Positions 1 through 9,300 of a DNA stretch of 64,000 nucleotides are shown piece after piece. Origin of the DNA: Pseudomonadota bacterium (lineage in GTDB: Bacteria; Pseudomonadota; Gammaproteobacteria; Burkholderiales; JAKAFK01); contig JAJYKK010000001.1 of assembly GCA_021788645.1 (NCBI GenBank), positions 71,743 through 135,742 on the forward strand, read 5' to 3'. Every line of letters starts with the position of its first letter. Within the stretch, counting starts at the first letter, position 1. The position numbers and the translations under genes are program-made. The notes below the pieces were generated by a model. That model saw nothing but the letters and a program-made list of their open reading frames with translations. It did not search any database and was not told the origin of the DNA.

Positions 1-181
1 CCTCGACAACCGTAGCCAATCCCTGTGGCCTGAATCCTCCTCGCGGCTCTGCGTGCGGGCTGGGCATAGGCGAGCCCAGGGTGATTCATAGAGCCGCTGG
101 CGCGGTTCTTGCATGAAATGGGGATAAAGGGCTCGCGTTATCGTGTGATTCGGCATTGATTGTGTCGAATTCCAGGAGGCA

Positions 182-979
182 GTGATGATGAAAACGCATC
201 GTATTCTGGGCCGTTGCATCCAAGGAAGACTTGCTATGGGGAGAGGACTGCTGTCGCTGGTCCTTGCTGGCGGTGTCCTCGCCGGGGCGGCGGCGTCGGG
301 GCCGGCCCTGGGAGGGGTGATTGATCCCCAGATCTTCGTTCAGCAAAGCGGAAGCAGCCCGGCTGGCGGTGATCCCAATCTTATTGTCGATCCCGGTGTG
401 TTCGTGGTGGGCGTCGCGGGCAACTTTGTTTTGCAGAACCCTTTGTTGCTGATCGTTGGGGCATACAACGGCATGGGGACGCCGTCAATCACCTATGGCG
501 GAGGGGTCAGCGCCGCGGCAATCGGAACGTACGGCTTGACCAAGGACAGCGCCGTTTATACCGGCACATCGAGCGGAACCGCCTACAGTCAGCTCGGGCT
601 TAGCGCCGGGGGGTCCGAGTCGTTCGGCAACTGGTCGAATGCCGACGTGGCGGATGGCTTTGCCAAGCCGAGCAGTTTTACGTTATATGCATTCGCGCTC
701 GATACCAATCTGACGTCCGGAAACCCCATCACGGTGGGAGAGAGCGGCGCGGCTAACGGGTCGTTCATCATCGGCTACGACTGCAGTGCGGGGACCGGAA
801 GTACGAGTGGCTGCGCGACGCGTGGCGATATTGGGCAAACGCCGTTTACCAATGCCGGGCTTGACGCGGTCACAGTGCCTGATCCAGGGACGCCTCTGCT
901 GGTAGGCATCGGTGCATTGGGGATGGGGGCCGCGGTTCGGCGACGTCGGACCAATGGGATTGCCAATTCGGTTGCCTAG
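182..979 (+). CDS. Secreted Gly/Ser/Thr/Ala-rich protein with C-terminal PEP-CTERM sorting signal
   Basis: AGGAGG RBS at 173-178. N-terminal signal-like LLSLVLAGGVLAGAAASG. C-terminus VPDPGTPLLVGIGALGMGAAVRRRR is a PEP-like motif, a hydrophobic span and an Arg cluster. A terminator follows. Start could be 182, 185, 188 or the internal MGRG. Confidence 0.7.
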   Translation: MMMKTHRILGRCIQGRLAMGRGLLSLVLAGGVLAGAAASGPALGGVIDPQIFVQQSGSSPAGGDPNLIVDPGVFVVGVAGNFVLQNPLLLIVGAYNGMGTPSITYGGGVSAAAIGTYGLTKDSAVYTGTSSGTAYSQLGLSAGGSESFGNWSNADVADGFAKPSSFTLYAFALDTNLTSGNPITVGESGAANGSFIIGYDCSAGTGSTSGCATRGDIGQTPFTNAGLDAVTVPDPGTPLLVGIGALGMGAAVRRRRTNGIANSVA

Positions 980-1005
980 TTGCGGCTGAACTTGGGGGAA
1001 TGATT

Positions 1006-1036
1006 GGCGCCGCCGGAGAGGCTGGCGCCTTTTTTT
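1006..1036 (+). terminator. Rho-independent terminator after the PEP-CTERM gene
   Basis: GGCGCC (1006-1011), a 12-nt loop, GGCGCC (1024-1029), then a T7 run (1030-1036). Confidence 0.7.
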
Positions 1037-1106
1037 ATGCAGATCCCGGTGGCCAAGCGCGAAGGCGCGCAAAGCGGCTTGTTGCCGCCCCAAACTATGC
1101 TATAAA

Positions 1107-1140
1107 TTTAAAAGGCAACCAGTCCTGTGTATAGTTCCAA
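1107..1140 (+). promoter_or_regulatory. Sigma70-like promoter (TTTAAA-17-TATAGT) overlapped by a degenerate LexA-like box
   Basis: An AT-rich island in GC-rich DNA. -35 TTTAAA at 1107-1112 and -10 TATAGT at 1130-1135. CTGT-N8-CCAA at 1125-1140 has 2 mismatches to CTGT-N8-ACAG. It lies about 400 nt upstream of lexA. Confidence 0.3.
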
Positions 1141-1537
1141 TACTGTCAACTACCCCGCCCGCAGGGACGCGTGCCGAGGGCGGCGGGTCGGTGAGGTCGG
1201 CAGACTCGGCGCGCCGGCTGCGAATATGGATGGATACGTCACGCCGAGGCGGGTGTCTCTTGCCCGGCGGGTGGAGCGGGCGAACGCAGGGCGCTGCCTT
1301 CGCCCGGACCCGGCAAGACTACGATGGCGCAGACGAAAGGCAGAAGGGCCGAAGGTTGCGGCCGGCGACCGAAGGATGCATCCTTCAGCGAAGGGGCGGC
1401 CACCGAACAATCGTAGATGGCGCTTAACATATGGAGGAAGCGGGTAAGGCCGCCTGACGGCGGGCGCTATCCCTCTCCGGCATGCTCCTGAAGGGGCTCC
1501 CTTCGATCCAGTGCCGGGGTTTCCCGCGCAGAAACGG

Positions 1538-2146
1538 ATGAAAGCTTTGACGGAACGGCAGGCACAGGTCCTGCAATTGATTCGCGAACGAATCGAGACG
1601 ACGGGGTACCCGCCCACGCGGGCGGAGATCGCTCAAGGGATGGGCTTCCGGTCGGTGAATGCGGCGGATGACCATCTTAAGGCGTTGGTACGTAAAGGCG
1701 CGATCGAGATCGCACCGGGCGCGTCTCGCGCAATTCGGGTGACAGGAAATGGCGGAATTCCCGTCATCGGGCGGGTTGCGGCAGGAAGTCCGATTTTGGC
1801 CGAACAGCAAATTGAGGATCATTACCAGGTCGATCCCGCGTTATTCAGGCCACGTGCTGATTACCTGCTTCGCGTGCAAGGGATGAGCATGCGTGACGCA
1901 GGCATTTGGGATGGCGATCTGCTTGCGGTGCACCGCGTGTCGGAAGCGCAGTCGGGCCAAATCGTGGTCGCTCGTTTGCACGACGAGGTCACGGTCAAAC
2001 GTTTCAGGCGGTCTGGCCATCACGTCTTTTTGATGCCGGAAAATCCAGAATTCACGCCGATCGAGGTCGATTTGCGGCAAGAGCCCCTGGTAATCGAAGG
2101 CGTGGGCGTAGGCATTCTGCGCAGGCAGCTGCCGCCTCCGGCTTGA
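1538..2146 (+). CDS. lexA: LexA repressor (SOS regulon)
   Basis: [49 protein letters not shown] is near-identical in pattern to E. coli LexA. Has the VAAG cleavage site, GMSM catalytic Ser and VKRF Lys. The ORF opens at GTG 1511, but ATG 1538 matches the family N-terminus. Confidence 0.95.
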   Translation: MKALTERQAQVLQLIRERIETTGYPPTRAEIAQGMGFRSVNAADDHLKALVRKGAIEIAPGASRAIRVTGNGGIPVIGRVAAGSPILAEQQIEDHYQVDPALFRPRADYLLRVQGMSMRDAGIWDGDLLAVHRVSEAQSGQIVVARLHDEVTVKRFRRSGHHVFLMPENPEFTPIEVDLRQEPLVIEGVGVGILRRQLPPPA

Positions 2147-2720
2147 AAGCCTATACCCTGGCGCCGTCGCCTGTTGCGCGAGAGGCGCCAGATGGCTTTC
2201 GCCCGCTTGTGGAAGAATCACGAAACCGCGGGCCGTGCGCTTTGCACAAGAATTTCTCCTAAGTTCAGCGCGGACGGGCCGTCCCGGGTTGCCGGGGAAC
2301 AGGCGGCACACCCCCCGCGCTACGCAGAAGTCAACGATCTGGCACGCGTCCTTGTGGCGCAGGTCGCGAATCCGGGGTTCGACGCGCGGGGCCTAGCCAT
2401 CCCGTGCGCGGCCGAGCTGCTGCCAGCGGCGTGATTCTCTGGTGCGGAGGACCATCTTTCGGGCCGATGAACCGTGCGTCTTGGACCTGCGCCGCTTCTC
2501 CGAACGGAAAGATATTCACCGGCGCCGTGCGACAAAGAACCTCAAGGGGGCGTTGGGCCTTGCTCCACCCCCACGGATTCACGCCGCGGGCACTGGAAAC
2601 GGCCATCGACCATGGCCACTGCTTCGTTTCGGCACCGCCGGTCGGCTCGACGCGGAAACCATTCGACGCGACATCACGCAATGCCCAGGCAAATGGGCTT
2701 GCGCCTCACGCTGCCCTCAT

Positions 2721-2741
2721 CCCCCGTCAGAAGATCGGGGG
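2721..2741 (+). terminator. Hairpin (CCCCCG-loop-CGGGGG), followed by a second weak AATTC/GAATT hairpin and TTTTAAA
   Basis: Seen directly in the sequence just upstream of the imuA SOS boxes. Could end a lexA-side transcript. The T tract is weak. Confidence 0.3.
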
Positions 2742-2775
2742 AATTCTCGCGGCGAATTTTAAAGAAGTATAGGTA

Positions 2776-2795
2776 TGCTGTATATATTGACAGTA
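2776..2795 (+). promoter_or_regulatory. LexA operator (SOS box) upstream of imuA, overlapping a TTGACA -35 hexamer
   Basis: TGCTGTATATATTGACAGTA contains a perfect CTGT-N8-ACAG and matches 17/20 of the E. coli consensus TACTGTATATATATACAGTA. TTGACA lies at 2787-2792. Confidence 0.85.
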
Positions 2796-2824
2796 TCAAT
2801 CGGCTGAACTACCATGAGGTTGAT

Positions 2825-2844
2825 ACCTGATTATATTATCAGGT
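2825..2844 (+). promoter_or_regulatory. Second, weaker LexA-like operator upstream of imuA
   Basis: ACCTGATTATATTATCAGGT keeps the CTG-N10-CAG core with an AT-rich spacer. It lies 49 bp downstream of the first box. Confidence 0.5.
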
Positions 2845-2935
2845 CATGGTGGACTGTCCTGCCAAGAGTTTTTATGTAAACAAGTGCTCGCCCTTGCTCC
2901 TTGTTTTCTCAAAGGTTTCCGCATAGGACTGTCAT

Positions 2936-3589
2936 TTGGGGGGCGAGGCTTCTCGCGCGAATCGGATGGGAAATGTCGGCGCCTTGCTTCAGAATCCTGC
3001 CATTTGGCGGGGCGATCAGTGCGCACGCCAGCTGCCGGGCATCTCGAGCGGTTTCCCGGAATTGGATGCCATCCTCCCTGGGGGAGGATGGCCGCAAGGC
3101 GCGCTGACAGAAATTCTTTTCGAGCAGGAAGGCATCGGCGAGCTGCAATTGGTGATGCCGGCCTTGGCACGTCTGAGCACCGCCGGCCATGGGCTTGCCT
3201 GGATCGCTCCTCCCCATGTTCCTTATGCGCCTGCCTTGACGGCTTTCCATATCCGGCTTTCCCGCCTCCTGGTCGTTCGCCCGAAGGAAGACAGGGAGCG
3301 TCTGTGGGCCGCCGAGCAGGCCCTGCGATGTGGCGTATGCAAAGGGGTGCTGGTGTGGGCCGATGGGGAGGACGGGCAGCGGCTGCGGCGCCTGCAGGTG
3401 GCTGCGGGAGAGGGGGGCGGGTGGGGAATCCTGTATCGGCCGCTCCGTGCAGCGGCTATGCCTTCGCCGGCCGTGCTGCGGCTGTCCGTAGAACGGGCGG
3501 GAGGCGGATTAAGGGTCCATGTCCTGAAGCGCCGAGGGAGTGCGGTGGCACCCATTCATCTGGATCTCTCCTTGCGGGTCGCGAGTTAG
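2936..3589 (+). CDS. imuA: ImuA, RecA/SulA-like component of the SOS mutagenesis cassette
   Basis: WRGDQ...GISSGFPELDAILPGGGWPQGALTEILFEQEGIGELQL is the typical ImuA signature. Sits downstream of the SOS boxes and upstream of imuB. Start is TTG 2936 or ATG 2966. Confidence 0.85.
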   Translation: MGGEASRANRMGNVGALLQNPAIWRGDQCARQLPGISSGFPELDAILPGGGWPQGALTEILFEQEGIGELQLVMPALARLSTAGHGLAWIAPPHVPYAPALTAFHIRLSRLLVVRPKEDRERLWAAEQALRCGVCKGVLVWADGEDGQRLRRLQVAAGEGGGWGILYRPLRAAAMPSPAVLRLSVERAGGGLRVHVLKRRGSAVAPIHLDLSLRVAS

Positions 3590-3607
3590 ACACTTACTGG
3601 AGGCGCT

Positions 3608-5053
3608 GTGGGGACCAAGCTTTGGCTGAGTGTGTATTTTCCCGATTGGCCGCTGGAGATGTTTTTCCAGGGAACTGCCGGGATTCGTCCGCTGGTTGTT
3701 GCGCAGGCAGGCGGGGGGGCGGCGAGAATCGTGGCATGCAATAAGGCTGCGCGGCGGTCAGGACTTCATCCCGGCATGACCGTTTCGGCCGCCCAGGCGC
3801 AGGTTGACTGCCTTGATGTCAGAGTCCGCGATGCGGAAAAGGAACAGCGTTCGGCCGCGAACATTGCCGCCTGGGCCATGCAATTCACGCCGGTCATCAG
3901 CTTGGCGGTGCCACAAGGGCTGTTGCTCGAGGTCAGCGGCAGCCTTTTCCTCTTCGGCGGCCTGGAGGGCATGGCTGCATGCATCCGGAAGGGATTGGAA
4001 GATATCGGCTATCGTGTTTTGCTGGCCAGTGCGCCGACGCCGTGGGCGGCTTGGCTCATCGCTCGCGCAGGAAAGGAGCGGCTCTTGACCGATGCGAGGG
4101 AGGTCGAGGCGCATCTGCGGCGGCTGCCGTTGGGTATCCTGGACCAACCGGCAGCCACCGTGGATGCCCTTGATGCGATGGGCATCCGGACGCTGGGCGA
4201 TTGCTTGGGGCTGCCGCGAGACGGCGTTGCGCGCCGCTTTGGACAGGAATTGCTGGATGAGTTGGATCGTGCTTTGGGACGCTTGCCGGATCCTCGGGCG
4301 CTTTTCGAGCCGCCCGTGCATTTTGAGGATGCACTGGAATTTCCGGCCGAGGTCTGGCAGGCGGATGCTTTGCTGTTCGCCGCCCGGCGACTTTTCGTCT
4401 TGCTCGAGGGCCTGCTTAAGAAGCATCAATGCGGCGTGCAGCACTGCACGCTGACGCTATGTCATGAGCATCATGCAACAACCCCCCTGACCATTGGCCT
4501 GGCTTCGCCCACCCGTGATGTCCAGCGCATGCTGGGGGTTTTGCGCGAGCGCCTGGGGCAAACCGAATTGCCTGCGCCCGTTCAATCGATGCAACTCGCC
4601 GCGCGCAGCATCGTGCCGCTCGAGCCCCGGAATCTGTCTCTTTTCCCGGATGCGGAGCAGGCAGCGGAAAGCTGGCAGATTTTTCTCGAGCGGTTGACCA
4701 CCCGGCTTGGGAGCGAAGCCATCCAGGGCATCGGCTGCTGCGCGGATCACCGCCCGGAGCGGGCATGGCGTACCGTTGCGCCCGGAGCCGCGCGAGAACT
4801 GCCCGGCGGGGCATCTCGACCGCTTTGGCTGTTGGATCCGCCGCAACGCATTGCGTCGAAGGAAGGGCGGCCTTACTGGCAGGGACCTCTTGTGCTGCGG
4901 TCGGGATCTGAATGCATCGAGAGCGGCTGGTGGGATGGGGCGGGTATCGCGCGGGATTATTTCGTTGCCGAGGGCCGGGCAGGCTGCCGCCTGTGGGTGT
5001 ATCAGGATCGGCGAAATGCGCGTGCGTGGTATTTGCACGGAATCTTTTCCTGA
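3608..5053 (+). CDS. imuB: ImuB, Y-family polymerase-like protein
   Basis: N-terminus LWLSVYFPDWPLE and overall Y-family/ImuB-like sequence. Begins 19 bp after imuA. GTG start. Confidence 0.9.
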   Translation: MGTKLWLSVYFPDWPLEMFFQGTAGIRPLVVAQAGGGAARIVACNKAARRSGLHPGMTVSAAQAQVDCLDVRVRDAEKEQRSAANIAAWAMQFTPVISLAVPQGLLLEVSGSLFLFGGLEGMAACIRKGLEDIGYRVLLASAPTPWAAWLIARAGKERLLTDAREVEAHLRRLPLGILDQPAATVDALDAMGIRTLGDCLGLPRDGVARRFGQELLDELDRALGRLPDPRALFEPPVHFEDALEFPAEVWQADALLFAARRLFVLLEGLLKKHQCGVQHCTLTLCHEHHATTPLTIGLASPTRDVQRMLGVLRERLGQTELPAPVQSMQLAARSIVPLEPRNLSLFPDAEQAAESWQIFLERLTTRLGSEAIQGIGCCADHRPERAWRTVAPGAARELPGGASRPLWLLDPPQRIASKEGRPYWQGPLVLRSGSECIESGWWDGAGIARDYFVAEGRAGCRLWVYQDRRNARAWYLHGIFS

Positions 5054-5062
5054 AGCCACTCG

Positions 5063-6100
5063 TCAGCTCCTCCGCGCGTCGCCGCCCCTTTTCGGTGCGT
5101 GTTTCCGGGTACCGACGGAAACGAGCCGGCCCGCCATTTTCCCCGTCGTCAGGGCAAAGACGGGGGCGCCGGCAAGCAGGTACCAATAGAACGTGCAAAA
5201 GCGCCACGTGACTAGAATGAACGCCAACAGCGCAGGATCCAGATGGGAACGCAAGAAGGCGCCAAAGCCCAATTCTACCCCGCCTCCGCCACCAGGCAGG
5301 AAGGTGACGATGCCGACGAGGTTCAAGATGATCTGGGCGACGAATAAATAGCCCCACGAAAGGGGTTTGCCCACGAACCAAAGCAGAATCGGCAGGATGC
5401 TGTAGCGCAGCACCCAGTGCATCACGCAGAAGAGATAAAGCAGGCTGAGGCGCCGCATGCCCATGGAGATCAATAGCCGAACCGTATGCCTGAACTGGAT
5501 GAGCCAGCGTGCCATACGGAAGCGCGCCTTGCGCAATCGAACCACATGATTGGACAGGCGCCCGATCCATAATGCGATTTTCCGATGTTGGCGAAATAGC
5601 CATACCAGCATGCCCACCCCCGTGATCATCAGTGCGCTGACCAGGAGCGCGAGCGCCCCGGGGTGGCCGATCCGGCTGTTCAGGGCGGAGACGAAAAACG
5701 CGATGGGCACGGAGGTCGTGAAAAAGATCAAATCCACGAATTGGTCGACGGTGCCCATGGCCGCCCCCCGGGCAATGGGAAGGCCGTGATGGCGCAGAAG
5801 GAAGACATAGGTGGGAGGGCCTCCGCTTCCGGCGGGCGTGGCAGACCAGGCGAATTCGGTCGATATGACCGTCGACAAGGCGTGAAGCGGCCTAATCCGC
5901 ACGCCCAAGCGGTTCGCCAAGAGCATGAGGCGCGCGGCGTTGCAGCACCAACCCAGCACGACCATGAAAAGAAGCAGGGGAATGGCCCATGCCGGGAGGC
6001 GTCGCAGCTCAGAAAACCCGCGCAGGCCACCATAAAGGACGGGCAGGCTCAGGCTGAGCGTCAGGCTGATAAGGATCAGAAGAGTCGCAGACTTGCGCAC
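5063..6100 (-). CDS. Multi-pass membrane protein, lysyl-phosphatidylglycerol-synthase-TM / flippase-like (UPF0104) family
   Basis: 345 aa with about 8 hydrophobic spans. The N-terminal pattern LLLFMVVLGWCCNAARLMLLANRLGVRI...STEFAWSATPAGSGG is typical of UPF0104. Antisense to and between imuB and dnaE2. Confidence 0.7.
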   Translation of the reverse strand: MRKSATLLILISLTLSLSLPVLYGGLRGFSELRRLPAWAIPLLLFMVVLGWCCNAARLMLLANRLGVRIRPLHALSTVISTEFAWSATPAGSGGPPTYVFLLRHHGLPIARGAAMGTVDQFVDLIFFTTSVPIAFFVSALNSRIGHPGALALLVSALMITGVGMLVWLFRQHRKIALWIGRLSNHVVRLRKARFRMARWLIQFRHTVRLLISMGMRRLSLLYLFCVMHWVLRYSILPILLWFVGKPLSWGYLFVAQIILNLVGIVTFLPGGGGGVELGFGAFLRSHLDPALLAFILVTWRFCTFYWYLLAGAPVFALTTGKMAGRLVSVGTRKHAPKRGGDARRS

Positions 6101-6306
6101 CTCGTTCCTCGGCTAAATGGCTTGGGAAGACGGTGCGCCCAGGGCGAGCGGCGGGATGTGCAGGATAATGACTGGGCTTGCCATGTTCGTTTTCCGTCAA
6201 GCGGCGATAGGGGAGTCACGTCGGCGCCGGCTGTTTCCAGCTTAGCACGCCGGTCGTGGCCAGGTGTTCGGCGGAACTGTGCATGATTCCAGGTATCGAT
6301 CAGTGA

Positions 6307-6326
6307 TACTGATAACATATTCAGTT
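6307..6326 (+). promoter_or_regulatory. LexA operator (SOS box) immediately upstream of dnaE2
   Basis: TACTGATAACATATTCAGTT has TACTG-N10-CAGT and matches 14/20 of the consensus. It ends 14 bp before the dnaE2 ATG. Confidence 0.7.
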
Positions 6327-6339
6327 ACCCAGAGCCGTT

Positions 6340-9300
6340 ATGATTTCTCCTTATGCGGAACTTCATTGCCTGAGCAATTTCACTTTCCTGCGCGGGGCGT
6401 CTCATCCGGAGGAATTGGTCCTGCGTGCCCATGCGCTGGGCTATTCGGCGTTGGCGCTGACTGACGAATGTTCTCTGGCGGGCGTGGTTCGTGCTCATGT
6501 GGCGGCCAAGCAATGCGGACTCAAGCTGGTGGTCGGGGCCGAATTCATGCTGGCCGACGGACCTCGTGTGGTCGCCTTGGTGAAAGACCGGGAAGGCTAT
6601 GGCAACCTTTCTGCATTGATCACCAAAGGGCGCCGTGCGGCCCCCAAGGGCGAATATCTCTTGCGCCGGGCGGATTTGGAAGGCAGCCTCCAGGGCTGCG
6701 CCTTGTTGCTCATCGAACCGGACCCGGCGCAGGCCCGCTGGTTTGCAAGCCGTGCCGAATGCCCGGTATGGCTCGCGCTGGGGCTCTTCCGGGGAGCGGA
6801 CGACGCTCTCAAGCTGAAACGGTACCAGGGCATAGGCCGCTCCAGCGGCTTGCCCCTGGTGGCGGCCGGCGACGTGCACATGCACATGCGTGCCCGGCGT
6901 GCATTGCGAGATACCCTCACCGCCATACGGATGGGCATTCCGGTGAGGGATGCCGGTTTCTCCCTGCATGCCAACGGCGAGCGCCATTTGCGTCGGCGCG
7001 AGAGCCTTGCGTCGATTTATCCGCCGGAGCTGCTGTCCGAAACCCTGGCCATTGCCGGGAGCTGCCATTTTTCGCTGGACGTCCTGCGCTATGAATATCC
7101 TCAAGAGCTTGTTCCTCCGGGACAGACGCCGACGAGCCATTTGCGGCATCTGACCGAAGAGGGTGCCAGGATGCGTTTTCCTGAAGGCATCCCCGAAAAG
7201 GTCGCGGCGCAGCTCAGGCATGAGCTGGCGCTCATCGAGGAGTTGGGCTACGAACCTTATTTTCTGACGGTCCATGACGTGGTTCGGTATGCACGCAACC
7301 GGGGCATCCTGGCCCAAGGCCGGGGCTCGGCCGCGAACTCGGCCGTCTGTTTCTGCCTCCACATGACGGAAGTCGATCCATCGCGCATGGAAATGTTGTT
7401 CGAGCGTTTCGTGTCGCGGGAGCGCAACGAACCGCCGGATATCGATGTCGATTTCGAGCATGAGCGGCGGGAAGAAATCATCCAATATATTTATGCCAAA
7501 TATGGGCGGGAGCGGGCGGCGCTTGCGGCGACGGTCGTCACCTACCGCCCCAAAAGCGCCTTGCGCGACGTCGGCAGGGCACTAGGATTCGATCTCGCGC
7601 AGGTAGACCGGTTGGCCCGCTCGGCGAACGGGTGGGATGACCGGCAAATCCTTCCGGAGCGGCTGGCTCAGGCAGGATTCGACCCGGAAAACCTCCAGGT
7701 CCGTCTAATGCTGCATCTGGCCGATACGCTGATCGGGTTCCCGCGCCATTTGTCCCAGCACGTGGGAGGCTTCGTCATCGCGCGCGATGATCTCTCTCGC
7801 CTCGTGCCCATCGAGAATGCGGCCATGCCAGAGCGCACGGTGATTCAGTGGGACAAAAACGATCTGGATGCACTGGGGTTGCTCAAGGTCGATGTGTTGG
7901 CCTTGGGCATGCTGACGGCGATTCGCAAGGCGTTGGACCTGATCGGGGATTACCGCGGCACGGTGCTGCGCATGGCGGATATCGCGGCGGCAGACCCGGC
8001 GGTCTATGCGATGGTCCAGCAGGGCGATACCATGGGAGTGTTCCAAATCGAGTCGCGGGCGCAAATGGCCATGTTGCCGCGCACCCGGCCCAGGCACTTT
8101 TACGACCTGGTCGTTCAAGTCGCGATCGTCCGCCCAGGCCCCATCCAAGGGGGCATGGTGCACCCTTATCTCCGGCGCCGCCAGGGACTCGAACCGGTGA
8201 CATACCCGAATGAGGCGGTGCGCGGGGTGTTGGAGCGCACGCTGGGGGTACCGATCTTCCAGGAACAGGTCATGAAAATTGCCATGGTCGCGGCGGGCTT
8301 TACGCCAGGGGAAGCCGACCAGTTGCGGCGGTCCATGGCGGCATGGCGGCGCAAGGGGGGTATCGAGCGGTTCGAGGCGAAACTGATCGAGGGGATGCGC
8401 GAGAGGGGCTATTCCGAGGCGTTTGCCCAGCAGATTGTCATGCAGATCAGAGGATTCGGAGAATATGGCTTCCCGGAGTCCCACGCCGCAAGCTTCGCAC
8501 TGCTGGTCTATGTTTCGGCTTGGCTCAAGTGTCACGAGCCGGCCGCCTTCGTTTGCGCACTGCTCAATAGCCAGCCGATGGGGTTTTATGCGCCAGCGCA
8601 GCTCATCCAGGATGCACGGCGTCACGGTGTGGCCGTGCGGCCGGTCGATGCGTGCATGAGCGCATGGGATTGCACGCTTGAACCTGGCGCACATGGGCCC
8701 GCGCTTCGGTTGGGATTGCGCCTGGTCAAGGGACTCTCCCGCCATGGGGCGCAACGCCTGGTGGCCGTGCGGAGGATCTCCCCCTTTGCCGGCATCGAGG
8801 AGGTCGAGGTGCGCGCCGGTCTTGGCCGGCGCGATATGGCACTGCTTGCGGCGAGCGGCGCATTCTCTTCCCTGACGCCTCATCGGCGCGTGGCATCCTG
8901 GATTGTCGCAGGCCAGGGGCCGAGGCCTGCGCTATTCCGGAATGTGGCGACGCGTGAAGATCTGCCGCGCCTCGCGCTACCCTCTGAGGGGGAAAACTTG
9001 ATGGCGGATTACCGCAGCCTCGGCTTGACGCTGGGGCGCCATCCCTTGGCGATGCTGCGGGAGCGAATGAAAGGCCGTCGCATGTTGACGGCCCGGCAAT
9101 TGCGTGAATTGCCCCATGGGCGTCTGGCCCGCGCGATAGGGCTGGTCATCGGACGCCAGCGCCCGGATACGGCCAGCGGCGTCATCTTCGTGACCCTGGA
9201 GGATGAGACGGGGCTCATCAATGCCGTGGTGTGGCGCGATCTTGCAGAAAGGCAAAGGCGCGAACTGCAGGGGGCACGCCTGCTGGGCATATACGGCGTG

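Noticed and set aside
1150-1510. Possible tmRNA, RNase P RNA or SRP RNA in the structured lexA leader.
   Set aside because: None of the diagnostic strings is present on either strand. I found no GGGG...tRNA-like 5' end or TCCACCA 3' end, no ...ALAA tag frame, no GAGGAAAGTCCGGGC or ACAGAAnCCGGCTTA for RNase P, and no SRP domain-IV motif. It is kept only as an unexplained structured region.
2361-2395. A tRNA-like T-loop string GGTTCGA (2376-2382).
   Set aside because: The flanking bases cannot form a T-stem (CCGGG against GCGCG), and no acceptor or anticodon arms are evident.
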